Part shown: positions 6,572-6,849 of the stretch, in pieces
Layout: each line of letters opens with the position of its first letter
Numbering within the stretch: position 1 is the first letter of the stretch
Origin: an uncultured archaeon
GTDB lineage: Archaea > Asgardarchaeota > Jordiarchaeia > Jordiarchaeales > Jordiarchaeaceae
Reading direction: 5' to 3'
Assembly (NCBI GenBank): GCA_964510585.1
Contig: CAZECW010000210.1
Coordinates: forward strand, 1-6,849
DNA length: 6,849 nt
Made by a program: the position numbers and the translations under genes
Notes under the pieces: generated by a model
Databases searched by the model: none
Told to the model about the DNA's origin: nothing
Seen by the model: only the letters and a program-made list of their open reading frames with translations

Positions 6572-6849
6572 GTGAGTAGCCCACTATTCTATGTTGATCC
6601 CATAACGTTTAGGGTTACAAGAATTGAGGGCCCAAATGTTTGGGAGAATCATACACGAAAATTTCTAGACGAAGTGAAACAAATAGTTAAGAAGCAGATT
6701 GAAGGGAAAACAGTCATAGAACGTTTAAAGATATTAAATGACGAAATGGTAAAACTCTTGGACTCAGATGAGTGTGAATGGTCAAAAATCCCCTCAGACA
6801 CAAGATTTCCCGGCTTCTTTTCAAGCATGTCCGACCACGCCCTTGCCAC
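6572..6849 (+). CDS. cas10: Cas10 (Cmr2/Csx11-like type III large subunit), 5' fragment running off the window
   Basis: 92 open codons: MSSPLFYVDPITFRVTRIEGPNVWENHTRKFLDEVKQIVKKQIEGKTVIERLKILNDEMVKLLDSDECEWSKIPSDTRFPGFFSSMSDHALA. IPSDTRFP..SMSDH matches the Cas10/Cmr2 N-terminal P-x-D-T-R-x-P...S-x-x-D-H motif. Strong RBS; operonic with csx14. Confidence 0.8.
   Translation, partial: MSSPLFYVDPITFRVTRIEGPNVWENHTRKFLDEVKQIVKKQIEGKTVIERLKILNDEMVKLLDSDECEWSKIPSDTRFPGFFSSMSDHALA

Noticed and set aside
6649-6849. Minus-strand 66-aa ORF in the track
   Set aside because: Antisense to the cas10 frame, which has the RBS, the coupling and the motif.

Overview
Archaeal type III CRISPR-Cas accessory region. 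The left edge holds the trailer end of a CRISPR array (two 37-bp repeats ending ATTGAAAG, one 38-bp spacer). Three CARF-domain genes follow: a TIGR02710/Csm6-like CARF-HEPN RNase carrying an extra ~130-aa N-terminal longin-like domain, a TM1812-type Csx1 with a Cys-rich insert, and a Csx14/Crn1-like CARF protein. A V4R-like Cys4 protein lies convergent to the first gene. The 5' end of a cas10 gene, absent from the ORF track, is translationally coupled to csx14 and runs off the right edge. The standout is the longin-CARF-HEPN fusion, which joins a eukaryote-signature trafficking/GTPase-regulator fold (suggesting an Asgard host) to a cyclic-oligoadenylate-activated nuclease. Also notable is a repeated G+T-rich 5' to A+C-rich 3' compositional gradient in three genes. 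All family calls come from motif recognition by eye; no searches were run.
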